From positions 1 through 57,998 of the forward strand of contig JBMOQT010000278.1 in NCBI GenBank assembly GCA_049320945.1: DNA of 57,998 nucleotides, read 5' to 3'. Positions 14,276-23,667 of this stretch are shown here, piece after piece. How positions within the stretch are numbered: the first letter of the stretch is position 1; every line of letters begins with the position of its first letter. This DNA comes from Pseudomonadota bacterium. GTDB lineage: Bacteria; Pseudomonadota; Gammaproteobacteria; Burkholderiales; Rhodocyclaceae. A program made the translations under genes and the position numbers. The notes under the pieces are model-generated. The model saw nothing but the letters and a program-made list of their open reading frames with translations. It was not told the DNA's origin and did no database searches.

Positions 14276-16152
14276 TCGTCGGCACCGCGGGCCATATCGA
14301 CCACGGCAAGAGTGCCCTGGTGCGCGCCCTCACCGGCATGGACCCGGACCGGCTCAAGGAGGAGAAGGCGCGCGGCATCACCATCGACCTGGGCTTCGCC
14401 CACCGCCGGCTGGAGGACGGCGGCGTGGTGGCCTTCGTGGACGTGCCCGGCCACGAGCGCTTCATCCACAACATGCTGGCCGGCGCCGCCGGCATCGACT
14501 TCGTGCTGCTGGTGGTCGCCGCCGACGACGGCGTCATGCCCCAGACGCGCGAGCACCTGCACATCGTGGAGCTGCTGGGGGTGCGCCGCGGCGCCGTGGC
14601 CCTGACCAAGATCGACCTGGTGGATGCGACGCGGCGGCAACAGGTGGCGGAGCAGGCGGGCGCCCTGGCGCGCGCCGCCCTCGGCCCCTGCCCGGTGTTT
14701 CCCTTGTGCGCGCCACGTGGCGAAGGAGTGGACGCCTTGTGGCGCCACCTGGCGGCGGCGGCGCGCGCCACCCCGCCTCGGGCCGTGGGCGGCCGCTTCC
14801 GCCTGGCCGTGGACCGCTGCTTCGCCCTGGCGGGCCATGGCACCGTGGTCACCGGCACGGTGTTCGCGGGTCTCGCCCGCGTCGGCGACCAGGTGGCCGT
14901 CGCCCCTGAGGGCCTGGGCGCGCGCATCCGCGCCATCCACGCCCAGGGGGAGCCGGTGGCGGAAGCGCGCGCCGGCATGCGCTGCGCCCTCAATCTGGCC
15001 GGCCCCCGCGTGGATCAGCACGCCATCCGGCGCGGCGACTGGATCGTCGCCGCCCCCGCGCCCGAGCCGGTGGAGCGCTTCGATGCGCGCCTGCGCCTGC
15101 TCGCCGAGGAAGCGCGGCCCCTGGACCACTGGACGTCGGTGCACGTACATCTGGGCGGCGCCGATCTGACCGGACGCATCGCCCTGCTGCAAGGGTCCCC
15201 CCTGGCACCGGGGGACGAGGGGCTGGTGCAGGTGGTGCTGGAGCACCCGACTCATGCGGTGGCGGGCGATCGCTTCGTGGTGCGGGATCAGTCGGCCCGG
15301 CGCACCCTGGGGGGCGGCCGGGTGCTCGATCCCTTCCCGCCCGCCCGGCGCCGGCGCACGCCGATGCGCCTGGCCCAGCTCGCCGCCTGGGAGGGGCAGC
15401 CGGCGGCCATCGCCGCCGCCCTGGCGCAACTGCCGCCCTACCGGCTGGACAAGAGACGTTTCGAGAGCGCCTGCAACCTGGACCCGCCCGAAGCCGCCGC
15501 CCTGTGGGCAGACGGCAGCTGGCAGGCGCTGGCGGGAGGCACGATCATGGCGTCGGCGGCCCACTGGCAGGCCCTGGGCCGGGAGGTGCTGGCGGCCGTG
15601 ACCGCCGCACCGCTGCCCGCCGCCGAGCTGTTCGCCCGGCTGGCGCGGCCCTGGGGCCGGCCCCTGTTCGACGCCTGCATCGCCGCCCTGGTGCGGGAGG
15701 GGCGCATCGCCCGCGCCGGCGCGGCACTGGTGCTGCCCCAGCGTGTAGCCGCGACACCGGCCCGGGACGACGCCTGGCAGGACATCGAGGCACTGCTGGC
15801 GGCCCAGCCCCTGCGCCCCATGGGCGTGGCGGAACTGGCCGTCCAGTCGCGCCTGCCCCAGCGCGCCGTCGCAGCGGCGCTGGCAGCGGCGGTGAGGGAG
15901 GGCAAGGCGGTCCAGGTGGCGCCCGGCCATTACCTGCTGGCCTCCGCCCTGGCCCGCTTCGCCCGCTGCGCCGAAGAGCTGGGGGCGGCGGGCCGCGGCT
16001 TCACCCTGGCGGAATTCCACCGGCGCAGCGGCTGCGGCCGCCGGGCCGCGGTGGCGGTGCTCGAATACTTCGACCGCTGCGGCTACACTGGGCGCCAGGG
16101 CGAGGCGCGCGTCCTGAAGCGCGGCTTCGCCGCGCTGCTCGAAAAGACTTGA
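14272..16152 (+). CDS. selB: selenocysteine-specific translation elongation factor
   Basis: ATG 14272 overlaps the selA stop (ATGA). [23 protein letters not shown]-domain plus C-terminal winged-helix extensions. The upstream part of track ORF 13288..16152 is out-of-frame overlap of selA. Confidence 0.9.
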   Translation: MIVGTAGHIDHGKSALVRALTGMDPDRLKEEKARGITIDLGFAHRRLEDGGVVAFVDVPGHERFIHNMLAGAAGIDFVLLVVAADDGVMPQTREHLHIVELLGVRRGAVALTKIDLVDATRRQQVAEQAGALARAALGPCPVFPLCAPRGEGVDALWRHLAAAARATPPRAVGGRFRLAVDRCFALAGHGTVVTGTVFAGLARVGDQVAVAPEGLGARIRAIHAQGEPVAEARAGMRCALNLAGPRVDQHAIRRGDWIVAAPAPEPVERFDARLRLLAEEARPLDHWTSVHVHLGGADLTGRIALLQGSPLAPGDEGLVQVVLEHPTHAVAGDRFVVRDQSARRTLGGGRVLDPFPPARRRRTPMRLAQLAAWEGQPAAIAAALAQLPPYRLDKRRFESACNLDPPEAAALWADGSWQALAGGTIMASAAHWQALGREVLAAVTAAPLPAAELFARLARPWGRPLFDACIAALVREGRIARAGAALVLPQRVAATPARDDAWQDIEALLAAQPLRPMGVAELAVQSRLPQRAVAAALAAAVREGKAVQVAPGHYLLASALARFARCAEELGAAGRGFTLAEFHRRSGCGRRAAVAVLEYFDRCGYTGRQGEARVLKRGFAALLEKT

Positions 16153-16153
16153 C

Positions 16154-16248
16154 GGAAGAGACCCGCTCCCGGTGGGGCGGCCGGCCTTCAAAGCCGCGAG
16201 AGGCTGTCAGCCAGTCTCAGGTGGGTTCGACTCCCACTCTCTTCCGCC
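16154..16248 (+). tRNA. selC: tRNA-Sec (anticodon UCA at 16188-16190)
   Basis: 8-bp acceptor stem GGAAGAGA/TCTCTTCC, 6-bp D stem CGCTCC/GGGGCG with a 4-nt loop, CTTCAAA anticodon loop, long variable arm, T arm GTGGG-TTCGACT-CCCAC and discriminator G. It starts 1 nt after the selB stop. Confidence 0.85.
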
Positions 16249-17034
16249 CTACTGGGCCGTCCAGCCGCCATCCACCGGCAGCGCCGCGCCGGTGATGCCG
16301 GTAGCGGCCTCCGAGCACAGGAAAACCACCGTGTCGGCGATCCAGGCGGCCGGCATGAGTATGCCGTTGGGCTGCTTCTCGGTGACCAGGTCGCGGATCG
16401 CCTGCTCCCGATCCAGTCCCTTGGCGGCGGCCCGCGCCTGGATCTGGGGCTCCAGGATGGGCGTTTCGGTCCACCCGGGGCACACGGCGTTTACCGTGAT
16501 GCCCTCGCGCGCCGTCTCCAGCGCCACCACCCTGGTCAGCCCCACCAGCCCGTGCTTGGCGGCGCAATAGGCGGCCTTATTCACCGAGGCGACCAGGCCG
16601 TGCACCGAGGCGATGTTCACGATGCGCCCCCAGCCGCCGGCACGCATGAGGGGAACCGCCTGCCGCACGAGGCGGAAGGGCGCCGTGAGGTTGATGGCCA
16701 GGATGGCGTCCCACTTCTCCGGCGGGAACTCGGCCACCGGCGCCGTGTGCTGGATGCCCGCGTTGTTTACCAGCACGTCCAGCCGACCCCAGCGCTGGTG
16801 CACCCGCGCCACCAGGGCATCGGCCTGGACGCCGTCGGCGAGATCGCCGGGGAAGAACTCGCAGGCCACGCCATGCTCCCGCGCCAGGACCTCGGCCTGG
16901 CTCCGGCCTTCCTCCTCGCTGCACAGGCCGTGCAGCGCCAGCGCCGCTCCCTGGCGGGCAAGCGCCCGGGCGATGGCCGCGCCTATGCCCTGGGTCGAGC
17001 CGGTCACCAGGGCGATCCTGCCTTCAAGCATCAT
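16249..17034 (-). CDS. bdhA: 3-hydroxybutyrate dehydrogenase-type short-chain dehydrogenase
   Basis: ALVTGSTQGIGAAIA Rossmann motif and YCAAKHG catalytic motif. ATG 17034 is preceded by GGAGGA; the track start 17049 is a TTG. Confidence 0.8.
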   Translation of the reverse strand: MMLEGRIALVTGSTQGIGAAIARALARQGAALALHGLCSEEEGRSQAEVLAREHGVACEFFPGDLADGVQADALVARVHQRWGRLDVLVNNAGIQHTAPVAEFPPEKWDAILAINLTAPFRLVRQAVPLMRAGGWGRIVNIASVHGLVASVNKAAYCAAKHGLVGLTRVVALETAREGITVNAVCPGWTETPILEPQIQARAAAKGLDREQAIRDLVTEKQPNGILMPAAWIADTVVFLCSEAATGITGAALPVDGGWTAQ

Positions 17035-18559
17035 TTCTATCTCCTCCAAACTCGCGCCGCGCCCACAGGCGCAGCTCGGTCTTCAACACCTTGCCGTAGT
17101 TGTTCTTGGGCAGCTCCGCAACGAAGCGGTAATGCTTGGGGCGCTTGAAGCGGGCGATGCGCTCCAGGCAATGGGCGTCCAGCTGTTCAGGCGTCACGTC
17201 CGGTTCGGCCACCACGTAGGCCAGCACCGATTCGCCCCATTCGACGTCCGGCACCCCCACCACGCTCACTTCCCGCACCCCGGGGCAGGTGAGCAGGGCT
17301 TCCTCCACCTCGCGCGGATAGATGTTGGTGCCGCCGGAGATGATCAGGTCCTTGCTGCGGTCCTTGAGGGTGAGGAAGCCGTCTTCGTCCAGCACGCCCA
17401 CGTCGCCCGTATGCAGCCAGCCGTCCCGCAGGGTCTCGGCAGTTGCTTGCGGGTTGTTCCAGTAGCCGGCCATGACCACGTCGCCGCGCACGCACACCTC
17501 GCCGATCTCGCCCGGCGGCAGCTCCCGGCCCTCCGCCGAGCGGATGGCGAGCTCCACCACCGGCTGGGCATAGCCGACGGAAGCCAGGCGCTCCCGGTAG
17601 CGGGGATGAGCCCGATCCGCCAGCACCTGCTTGGGCAGCACGGTGATGGTCATGGGCGACTCGCCCTGGCCGTAGATCTGGGCGAAGCGCGGACCCATCA
17701 CCGCCAGGGCCTCCTCGATGTCCGCCAGGTACATGGGGCCGCCGCCGTAGATGATGGTGTTGAGGTTGTCCAGGGGCGGCCGGTGCTCCCGGGCGTAGGC
17801 CACCAGGCGCTTCACCATGGTGGGCGCCGCAAAGAAGGACGTTCCCCGCCAGGCGGCGATCAGCTGGAACACGGCCGCCGGATCGAAATGGGGCTCCCGC
17901 GGGATCACCTGCACGGCGCCCTGCCACACGGCGCCGAAGTTGTAGATGCCCGAGCCATGGGACAGGGGTGCGGCGTGCAGCAGGGCGTCGTCGGCCGTGG
18001 TGGGATTGACCTGGGCGAGATAACAAAGGGTGGCGAGCTGCAGGTTGCGGTGACTGAGCATCACGCCCTTGGGCCGACCGGTGGTGCCGCTGGTGTAGAA
18101 CAGCCAGGCCAGATCGTCGGGGGCGCGCGCCACCAGGGGCAGGGGCTCGCCGCCCGCCCATTCCTCCTCGAAGGCGAGCAGGCGAGTCGCACCCCGCTCC
18201 TCGGCGGGAAGCTGCGCCAGGGCATCCCAGTGCTCGGCGTCGGCCAGGCACAGCACGGCGCCCGAGTGCTGCAGGATGTAGGCCGCCTCCCGCTCGTGCA
18301 GCTTGGCGTTGATGGGCACGGCCACCGCGCCCGCGTGCCACACGGCGTAGAGGGCTTCCAGGTACTCGGCGCAGTTGTGGGCAAAGATGCCCACCCGCGT
18401 TCCCGGCGCCACGCCGTGGCTGCGGGCCAGCAGCCCGGCACGCTCGGCCGTGCGCCGGGCGAACTCGCCATAGCTGGCATGGACCCGATCGCCCACGGCG
18501 ATGGCCGGGCGCGCGCCGGACACGGCGGCGGCGCGCTGCAGATAGAGGGCGAGATTCAT
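17024..18559 (-). CDS. AMP-dependent acyl-CoA synthetase/ligase
   Basis: MNLALYLQRAA..., AMP-binding motif LFYTSGTTGRPKGV and GWLHTGD. The start ATG 18559 overlaps the upstream stop (ATGA). The longer track ORF is an artefactual extension. Confidence 0.85.
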   Translation of the reverse strand: MNLALYLQRAAAVSGARPAIAVGDRVHASYGEFARRTAERAGLLARSHGVAPGTRVGIFAHNCAEYLEALYAVWHAGAVAVPINAKLHEREAAYILQHSGAVLCLADAEHWDALAQLPAEERGATRLLAFEEEWAGGEPLPLVARAPDDLAWLFYTSGTTGRPKGVMLSHRNLQLATLCYLAQVNPTTADDALLHAAPLSHGSGIYNFGAVWQGAVQVIPREPHFDPAAVFQLIAAWRGTSFFAAPTMVKRLVAYAREHRPPLDNLNTIIYGGGPMYLADIEEALAVMGPRFAQIYGQGESPMTITVLPKQVLADRAHPRYRERLASVGYAQPVVELAIRSAEGRELPPGEIGEVCVRGDVVMAGYWNNPQATAETLRDGWLHTGDVGVLDEDGFLTLKDRSKDLIISGGTNIYPREVEEALLTCPGVREVSVVGVPDVEWGESVLAYVVAEPDVTPEQLDAHCLERIARFKRPKHYRFVAELPKNNYGKVLKTELRLWARREFGGDRNDA

Positions 18560-19725
18560 CGCACGCGCTCCAGTATGCTCACGTAATTGGCGACGCCGGC
18601 GCCGCCCATGTTGAAGATCCCCGCCAGGGTGGCCCCCGGCACCTGCATCTCCCCTGCCTCGCCCAGCAGCTGCCAGGCGCACATCACGTGCATGGACACC
18701 CCGGTGGCGCCGACGGGATGGCCCTTGGCCTTGAGGCCGCCGGAGGGGTTCACCGGCAGCCGCCCCCCCGGCAGCACCCAACCCTCGCGGATGGCGCGCG
18801 CCCCTTCGCCGGGCGGTGTCAGGCCCATGGCCTCGTATTCCATCAGCTCGGCGATGGTAAAGCAATCATGGGTCTCCACCAGCGACAGGTCGCCGAGGCC
18901 GCAGCGGGCCTGGGCCAGGGCCTGGCGCCAGGCCACTGCCGCGCCCTCCAGGCGCGTCATGTCGCGCCGGCTCATGGGCAAGGCGTCGGTGACGTGGGCC
19001 TGGGCCCGCAGGCGCACGGCGCGCGGGAAGGTCACAGCCCGTTCGCCATCCACCAGCACCAACGCCGCCGCGCCGTCGGACACGGGCGAGCAGTCGGTGC
19101 GCCGCAACCTGCCGGCAACCAGGGGATTCTTGTCCGAAACCGTGCGGCAGAACTCCAGCCCCAGGTCCTTGCGCATCTGGGCGTAGGGGTTGTGCACGCC
19201 GTTGGCGTGGTTCTTGGCGGCGATCAGGGCCATGGCCTCCGACTGGTCGCCATGGCGCGCCTCGTATTGCGCGGCGATGCGCGCGAACACGCCGCTGAAG
19301 CCGCCGGCGATATCCCCTTCCTCCGCCACGTAACTGGCCGACAGCAGGCTGCGGGCGATCTGGGGGGCGTCGGCGTCGCTCATCTTCTCCACGCCCACCA
19401 CCAGCACGCAGCGCGCCTCGCCGGCGCGGATGCGCTGGGCCGCCGCATGGACCGCGGCGCTGCCCGTGGCGCAGGCGTTCTCCACGCGCAGGGCGGGCTT
19501 GAAGCGCAGCGCGGAATCGATCAGGGGGGCGAGACCGGCGGTGAACCCCTGGCGCGACAGGCCGTGGTTGAAGTGGCCCACGATCACCGCATCCACCTCG
19601 GCCGCGGCGATCCGGGCATCGGCCAGGGCCGCCCGCCCCGCCTCGACCAGCAGCGATTCCACCGTCGCCCCCGCCAACTTGCCGAAGGGGGTGTGGCTGA
19701 AACCGACCAGGCATACGTCCTTCAT
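18556..19725 (-). CDS. thiolase-fold protein (SCP-x / nonspecific thiolase type)
   Basis: MKDVCLVGFSHTPFGK...ENACATGSAAV (active-site Cys)...GHPVGATG. ATG 19725 is preceded by GAGGAGG. Confidence 0.8.
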   Translation of the reverse strand: MKDVCLVGFSHTPFGKLAGATVESLLVEAGRAALADARIAAAEVDAVIVGHFNHGLSRQGFTAGLAPLIDSALRFKPALRVENACATGSAAVHAAAQRIRAGEARCVLVVGVEKMSDADAPQIARSLLSASYVAEEGDIAGGFSGVFARIAAQYEARHGDQSEAMALIAAKNHANGVHNPYAQMRKDLGLEFCRTVSDKNPLVAGRLRRTDCSPVSDGAAALVLVDGERAVTFPRAVRLRAQAHVTDALPMSRRDMTRLEGAAVAWRQALAQARCGLGDLSLVETHDCFTIAELMEYEAMGLTPPGEGARAIREGWVLPGGRLPVNPSGGLKAKGHPVGATGVSMHVMCAWQLLGEAGEMQVPGATLAGIFNMGGAGVANYVSILERVR

Positions 19726-19810
19726 GATTGCCTCCTCAGGTTGCAGCCGCCTATGGTGCCCCGGTCCCGCGTGGGCGAGAATTCGTAGAACTACCGAGAT
19801 GGAGCCAAGG

Positions 19811-20389
19811 ATGAGCGCCAACCCGCTGTCCCCGGACCTGGATTTCCGCCAGCTCTTCGACCTGGCGCCGGTGGGCCTGCGCCTGTCGCGCCAGCGCGTG
19901 GTGCAGCGCTGCAACCAAGCCTTCGCCGCCATGTTCGGCTACACCGTCGCCGAGCTGGACGGCCAGCCCCTGCGCCGGCTCTATCCCAGCGACGAGGAGT
20001 ACCAGCGCATCGGCGACCGGGGACTGCGCGTCATGCGCGACACCGGCCGTTACGAGGACGAGCGCATCATGCGCAAGCGCGACGGCAGCCTGTGCTGGTT
20101 CCGGGTGCGCGGGCGCTGCCTGGACTCCTCGGAGCCCTTCGCCCTGGCCCTGTGGAGCTTCGAGGATCTGTCTCAGCGCCCCGTCGGCCCGCCGCTGACG
20201 CCGCGCGAGCGCGAAGTGGCCAAGCTGGTGGTGGCCGGGCGCACCAGCAAGGAGGCGGCGCGGGAGCTGGGAGTGAGCCCGCGCACCGTGGAAGCGCACC
20301 GGGCGGCACTGATGCGCAAGCTGGGGGCCGCCACGGCCGCGGAGCTGGTACGCCGGCTGCTGGGGCCCCAGCTGGGTCAGGAGGTATAG
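19811..20389 (+). CDS. PAS-domain / LuxR-type HTH transcriptional regulator
   Basis: PAS-like N-terminus (FRQLFDLAPVGL...GYTVAELDGQPL) and a LuxR HTH (LTPREREVAKLVVAGRTSKEAARELGVSPRTVEAHR). The alternative start is 19799. Confidence 0.8.
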   Translation: MSANPLSPDLDFRQLFDLAPVGLRLSRQRVVQRCNQAFAAMFGYTVAELDGQPLRRLYPSDEEYQRIGDRGLRVMRDTGRYEDERIMRKRDGSLCWFRVRGRCLDSSEPFALALWSFEDLSQRPVGPPLTPREREVAKLVVAGRTSKEAARELGVSPRTVEAHRAALMRKLGAATAAELVRRLLGPQLGQEV

Positions 20390-21186
20390 AGGCTCCACAG
20401 CATCTTGGCGGCGAGGATCACCAGCACGCCGGCGAAGATGCGCTTGAGGGTCGCCACGGGCAGGCGATGGGCGGTGCGGGCGCCCAGCGGCGCGGCAAAC
20501 ACGCTGGCAGCCAGTATCCATACCAGGGCCGGCAGATAGATGAAGCCAAGGCTGCCGCCGGGCAGCCCCGGGGCCGTCAGGCCGTTAGCGATGTAGCCCA
20601 CGGTCCCGCCCAAGGCAATGGGGAAGCCGACCGCCGCCGACGTGCCGATGGCATCGCGTACGCGAACGTTGCACCAGGTCAGGAACGGAACGGTCATCGC
20701 CCCGCCGCCGATCGCCACCAGGCTCGACACTATGCCGATGCCCACCCCAACCGCCGTCAGCCCCATCGGTCCCGGAAGGGAGCGGCTGGGCGTAGGGCGG
20801 AAGTTGAGTGTCATCTGCAAAGCGACGAAGACCACGAATGCCGCGAAGAACAGCGCCAGCGACCGCGTCGGCACGTGACGCGCCAGGGCTGTGCCGAGGG
20901 CGGTGCCCAGCAGGATGCCGGGGGTGATGCGGCCCACGACGGACCAGATCACGGCGCCATGACGATGGTGGGCACGCAGGCTGGCCAGCGAGCTGAACAG
21001 GATCGCCGCCATTGAAGTGCCAAGCGCGAGCTGGAAGATATAGTCGCGGGGCATCCCGCCCAGCTCGAACAGCAGCGCCAGGACGGGCACCATCACGATG
21101 CCGCCGCCAATCCCCAGCAAGCCGGCGAAAAAGCCGGCCACGGCGCCCACCCCGAGGTAGGCGACCCCGGCTCCCGCGGCGATCAT
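20377..21186 (-). CDS. TauE/SafE (DUF81) family anion exporter, last gene of the mdc operon
   Basis: 269-aa polytopic membrane protein with GLLGIGGGIVMVP and SLRAHHRHGAV motifs. GGGAGAA SD. It starts 34 nt after the mdcH stop. Confidence 0.8.
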   Translation of the reverse strand: MIAAGAGVAYLGVGAVAGFFAGLLGIGGGIVMVPVLALLFELGGMPRDYIFQLALGTSMAAILFSSLASLRAHHRHGAVIWSVVGRITPGILLGTALGTALARHVPTRSLALFFAAFVVFVALQMTLNFRPTPSRSLPGPMGLTAVGVGIGIVSSLVAIGGGAMTVPFLTWCNVRVRDAIGTSAAVGFPIALGGTVGYIANGLTAPGLPGGSLGFIYLPALVWILAASVFAAPLGARTAHRLPVATLKRIFAGVLVILAAKMLWSLYTS

Positions 21187-21220
21187 TGAGGTTCTCCCTT
21201 GAGTGAGTGGAAAGCGGATT

Positions 21221-22144
21221 CTAGACGGATTGCCTCCTCGATCCCACCCATTGCGCTGCAGCCCGGAGATCCCGGAACTCGTCGACAGCGCGCACTTCCG
21301 CCTGTGGCTCCAGCTCCAGCAACATCTTCGCCAACGCGTTGCCCGGGCCCAGCTCCAGCACCGCGTCCGGACGATGCTCGAGCAGCGTTTCCATGCATGC
21401 GACCCAGTCGAGCCGCGTGCAGATCTGCCGCTCCAGCACCGCCGCCACCGCAGCGTCGCCGCGCACGATCTGCGCCTCCACGCCGCTCAGCACCGGCACG
21501 TCCATCCGGTCGCGCAGGCACGGCCGCAGGTAGCCGGCGAAGCGGACTGCAGCCGCCTTCAGCACTCCCGTGTGGGAGGGCGTGGTGACGCAAAGCATCG
21601 TGGTGCGGGTTGCGCCGGCAAGGGTCGCCTCCCGCGCCAGGACGGCCAGCGCCCGCCGAGTGCCGCCGACGATGAAGTGCCTCGGACCGTTTCGGATCGC
21701 GATCTCGGTCCCTGACGCCGCGCTGCGGGCCCTGAGCTGCGCCTCGTCCAGACCCAGCACCGCCAGCAGCCCCGAGGGCTCGGCGGTCGCCTCGTCCATC
21801 AGCCGAGCCCGTTCGTAAGCCAGGGTAACGGCATCGCCGGGGGAAAACGCCCCGGCGCAGGCGAAGGCGGCGAGCTCGCCCAGGGAATAGCCGGCGACCA
21901 GCACCGGGGAGGGCAGCAAGGGCGCCAGCTCGCGCCACAGGGCGAGCTGGTAGGCGCAGATGAGGGGTTGGGCAAGGCGGTTGGCCGCCCACTGCGCCTC
22001 CGTAAGTGCCGCCGTCTGGACATCAAGCAGGCGCAGCGCCGCCCGTAGGGGCTCGGCCACGTCCGGAGGCGCGCTCGCCCGCAGGCGCAACACGTGCTCC
22101 CGCCGCAGCCCGCCTTGGCCGCTGAACAGGACGATGAGCCTCAT
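21221..22144 (-). CDS. mdcH: malonate decarboxylase epsilon subunit (malonyl-CoA:ACP transacylase)
   Basis: MRLIVLFSGQGG...GYSLGELAAF acyltransferase motifs. Confidence 0.85.
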   Translation of the reverse strand: MRLIVLFSGQGGLRREHVLRLRASAPPDVAEPLRAALRLLDVQTAALTEAQWAANRLAQPLICAYQLALWRELAPLLPSPVLVAGYSLGELAAFACAGAFSPGDAVTLAYERARLMDEATAEPSGLLAVLGLDEAQLRARSAASGTEIAIRNGPRHFIVGGTRRALAVLAREATLAGATRTTMLCVTTPSHTGVLKAAAVRFAGYLRPCLRDRMDVPVLSGVEAQIVRGDAAVAAVLERQICTRLDWVACMETLLEHRPDAVLELGPGNALAKMLLELEPQAEVRAVDEFRDLRAAAQWVGSRRQSV

Positions 22145-23019
22145 CCTCCGTGCTCCCCCTCGGTCTCGTGTAGGAACAGGGTGACCGCCAGCAGGTCGGC
22201 GCTGCCGCCGGGGCTCAGGCGCCGCGCCACGAACTCGTCATGAATGCTTCTGGCATGACGCACCCAGTCCGTCGCCAGGGCCCCGCCGGCGCGCAGAAAC
22301 CCGGCCGCTCTGCGCCGGGCGAAGCGCAGGCCCTCCGGCCCACCGCGCCACAGCAGATTAGAATCCTCCAGCCGCTCGATCAGCACGAATAACGCCTGCA
22401 CTGCCGCGCGCCGCGGGTCGCCGGTGGCCGCCAACGCCTCGCGGTAGGCGGGCAGGCTGCCCCCGAGCACGCTGGGAAATCCGGCCGCCGCTTCGGCGCG
22501 CGCCCCGCCCACACCGTAGCGGCGCGCCACTTCGAGGCCATGGGAGGGCGCCGTAGCGCTCCGGGCGCTGCGCCGCACGGCCTCACCCCAGCGCAGCGCC
22601 ACGCGGCGGCACAGGGCGTGCGGCGTCAGCCGCTGCCCTGCCACTGCCGTGGCCGCCGCCGCGGCACAGAGCAGGCCAAGGTTGAAGATCGCGCCGCGGT
22701 GGGTGTTGATCCCCGCCGTGGCCCGCAGCATCTGAGTCTCGGCCTTAAGGCCCAGGACCTGGAGCGTGTCGAAATCCGGGTCGGCCAGGCCGGCGCGGGC
22801 GATGGCGGGAAAGTAATGGCGCAGGGCGAACAGGCTGCGGAAGAACGTCGTCATGCCCATGTCGCCATGGCTGCCGCTGTCGATCGGGCTGACCAGTCCC
22901 GGTTTAGGATGCAGCGCCACCTCCCGGTACAGGCTGCACACGGCCAGCCTGCCGATACGTTCGGCGATAGCGGACTCGCCCAGGCGCACGGGAGCGCCGT
23001 TGCGCGCAGCCAGGGTCAC
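22141..23019 (-). CDS. mdcB: triphosphoribosyl-dephospho-CoA synthase
   Basis: The GTG start at 23019 overlaps the mdcG stop (GTGA). It has LHPKPGLVSP...INTHRGAIF CitG/MdcB motifs. The rest of track ORF 22141..23559 is an out-of-frame extension. Confidence 0.8.
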   Translation of the reverse strand: MTLAARNGAPVRLGESAIAERIGRLAVCSLYREVALHPKPGLVSPIDSGSHGDMGMTTFFRSLFALRHYFPAIARAGLADPDFDTLQVLGLKAETQMLRATAGINTHRGAIFNLGLLCAAAAATAVAGQRLTPHALCRRVALRWGEAVRRSARSATAPSHGLEVARRYGVGGARAEAAAGFPSVLGGSLPAYREALAATGDPRRAAVQALFVLIERLEDSNLLWRGGPEGLRFARRRAAGFLRAGGALATDWVRHARSIHDEFVARRLSPGGSADLLAVTLFLHETEGEHGG

Positions 23020-23666
23020 GCCAGCGCCTCCAGCAGGCTGCCCACGCTGACCAGCGCGACGCCGTACAGGTCCTTCGCCAGCACGCTGGCCCCGGACGCG
23101 AGACGGCTCCGCTGCAGCTCGCGCCAGGCGACCGCCCTGCCGTCCGGAAAGCGGATCTCCCCATCGATGGGTGCGTGCTCGTCGGCACGTGCCAGGGCGG
23201 ACAGGCAGCCGGACAGCGCCCGCGCCTGCGCCACGTCGCACACCACATCCAGGTCGGAGGATGCGCGGCGGTAGCACTCCCCTGCCAGTTTCTCCCAAGC
23301 CGTGGAGCCATACACGCCGACGCTGACACCCAGATCCCGGGCCTGTTGGGCCAGCGCCTGCAGCGGCCCGACCATCCCCCGGGGCAGCACCTCCAGCACC
23401 GCGGCGACAGGCAGCGGCGGCTCGATGCGGGTGAGGGCGTGATGATCCACGACACAGGACAGGCGGCGGCGGCCCAGGCGGGCGGGCAGCACCGCGCCCA
23501 GGCGCACGCCGTCCGCGCCCTGCTCCTGGCGCGTCACCACCAGCGGCCGGCCGGTGCACAACCAGTCGCGCAGCCAGGTGGCAGCCGGCTCGTCAGGCGG
23601 GCCGGCACATACCGGCGCTTCCGGCCGGAGGTACGCCAAGTCGTGGCGGCGCAGGGCGGGAGACAT
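23016..23666 (-). CDS. mdcG: phosphoribosyl-dephospho-CoA transferase (holo-ACP synthase)
   Basis: MSPALRRHDLAYL...GVYGSTAWEKL...DLDVV. ATG 23666 lies 1 nt below the mdcE stop. Confidence 0.75.
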   Translation of the reverse strand: MSPALRRHDLAYLRPEAPVCAGPPDEPAATWLRDWLCTGRPLVVTRQEQGADGVRLGAVLPARLGRRRLSCVVDHHALTRIEPPLPVAAVLEVLPRGMVGPLQALAQQARDLGVSVGVYGSTAWEKLAGECYRRASSDLDVVCDVAQARALSGCLSALARADEHAPIDGEIRFPDGRAVAWRELQRSRLASGASVLAKDLYGVALVSVGSLLEALA

Positions 23667-23667
23667 C

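Noticed and set aside
13681-16191. 836-aa minus-strand ORF opposite selA/selB
   Set aside because: It is antisense to two genes with clear family motifs. The product is Arg/Gly/Ala/Pro-rich, with no SD and no recognisable domain.
16100-16300. Genomic island or integrase insertion at tRNA-Sec
   Set aside because: No integrase, transposase or direct repeat of the tRNA 3' end is visible. The tRNA is immediately followed by the 3' end of a convergent housekeeping-type dehydrogenase gene.
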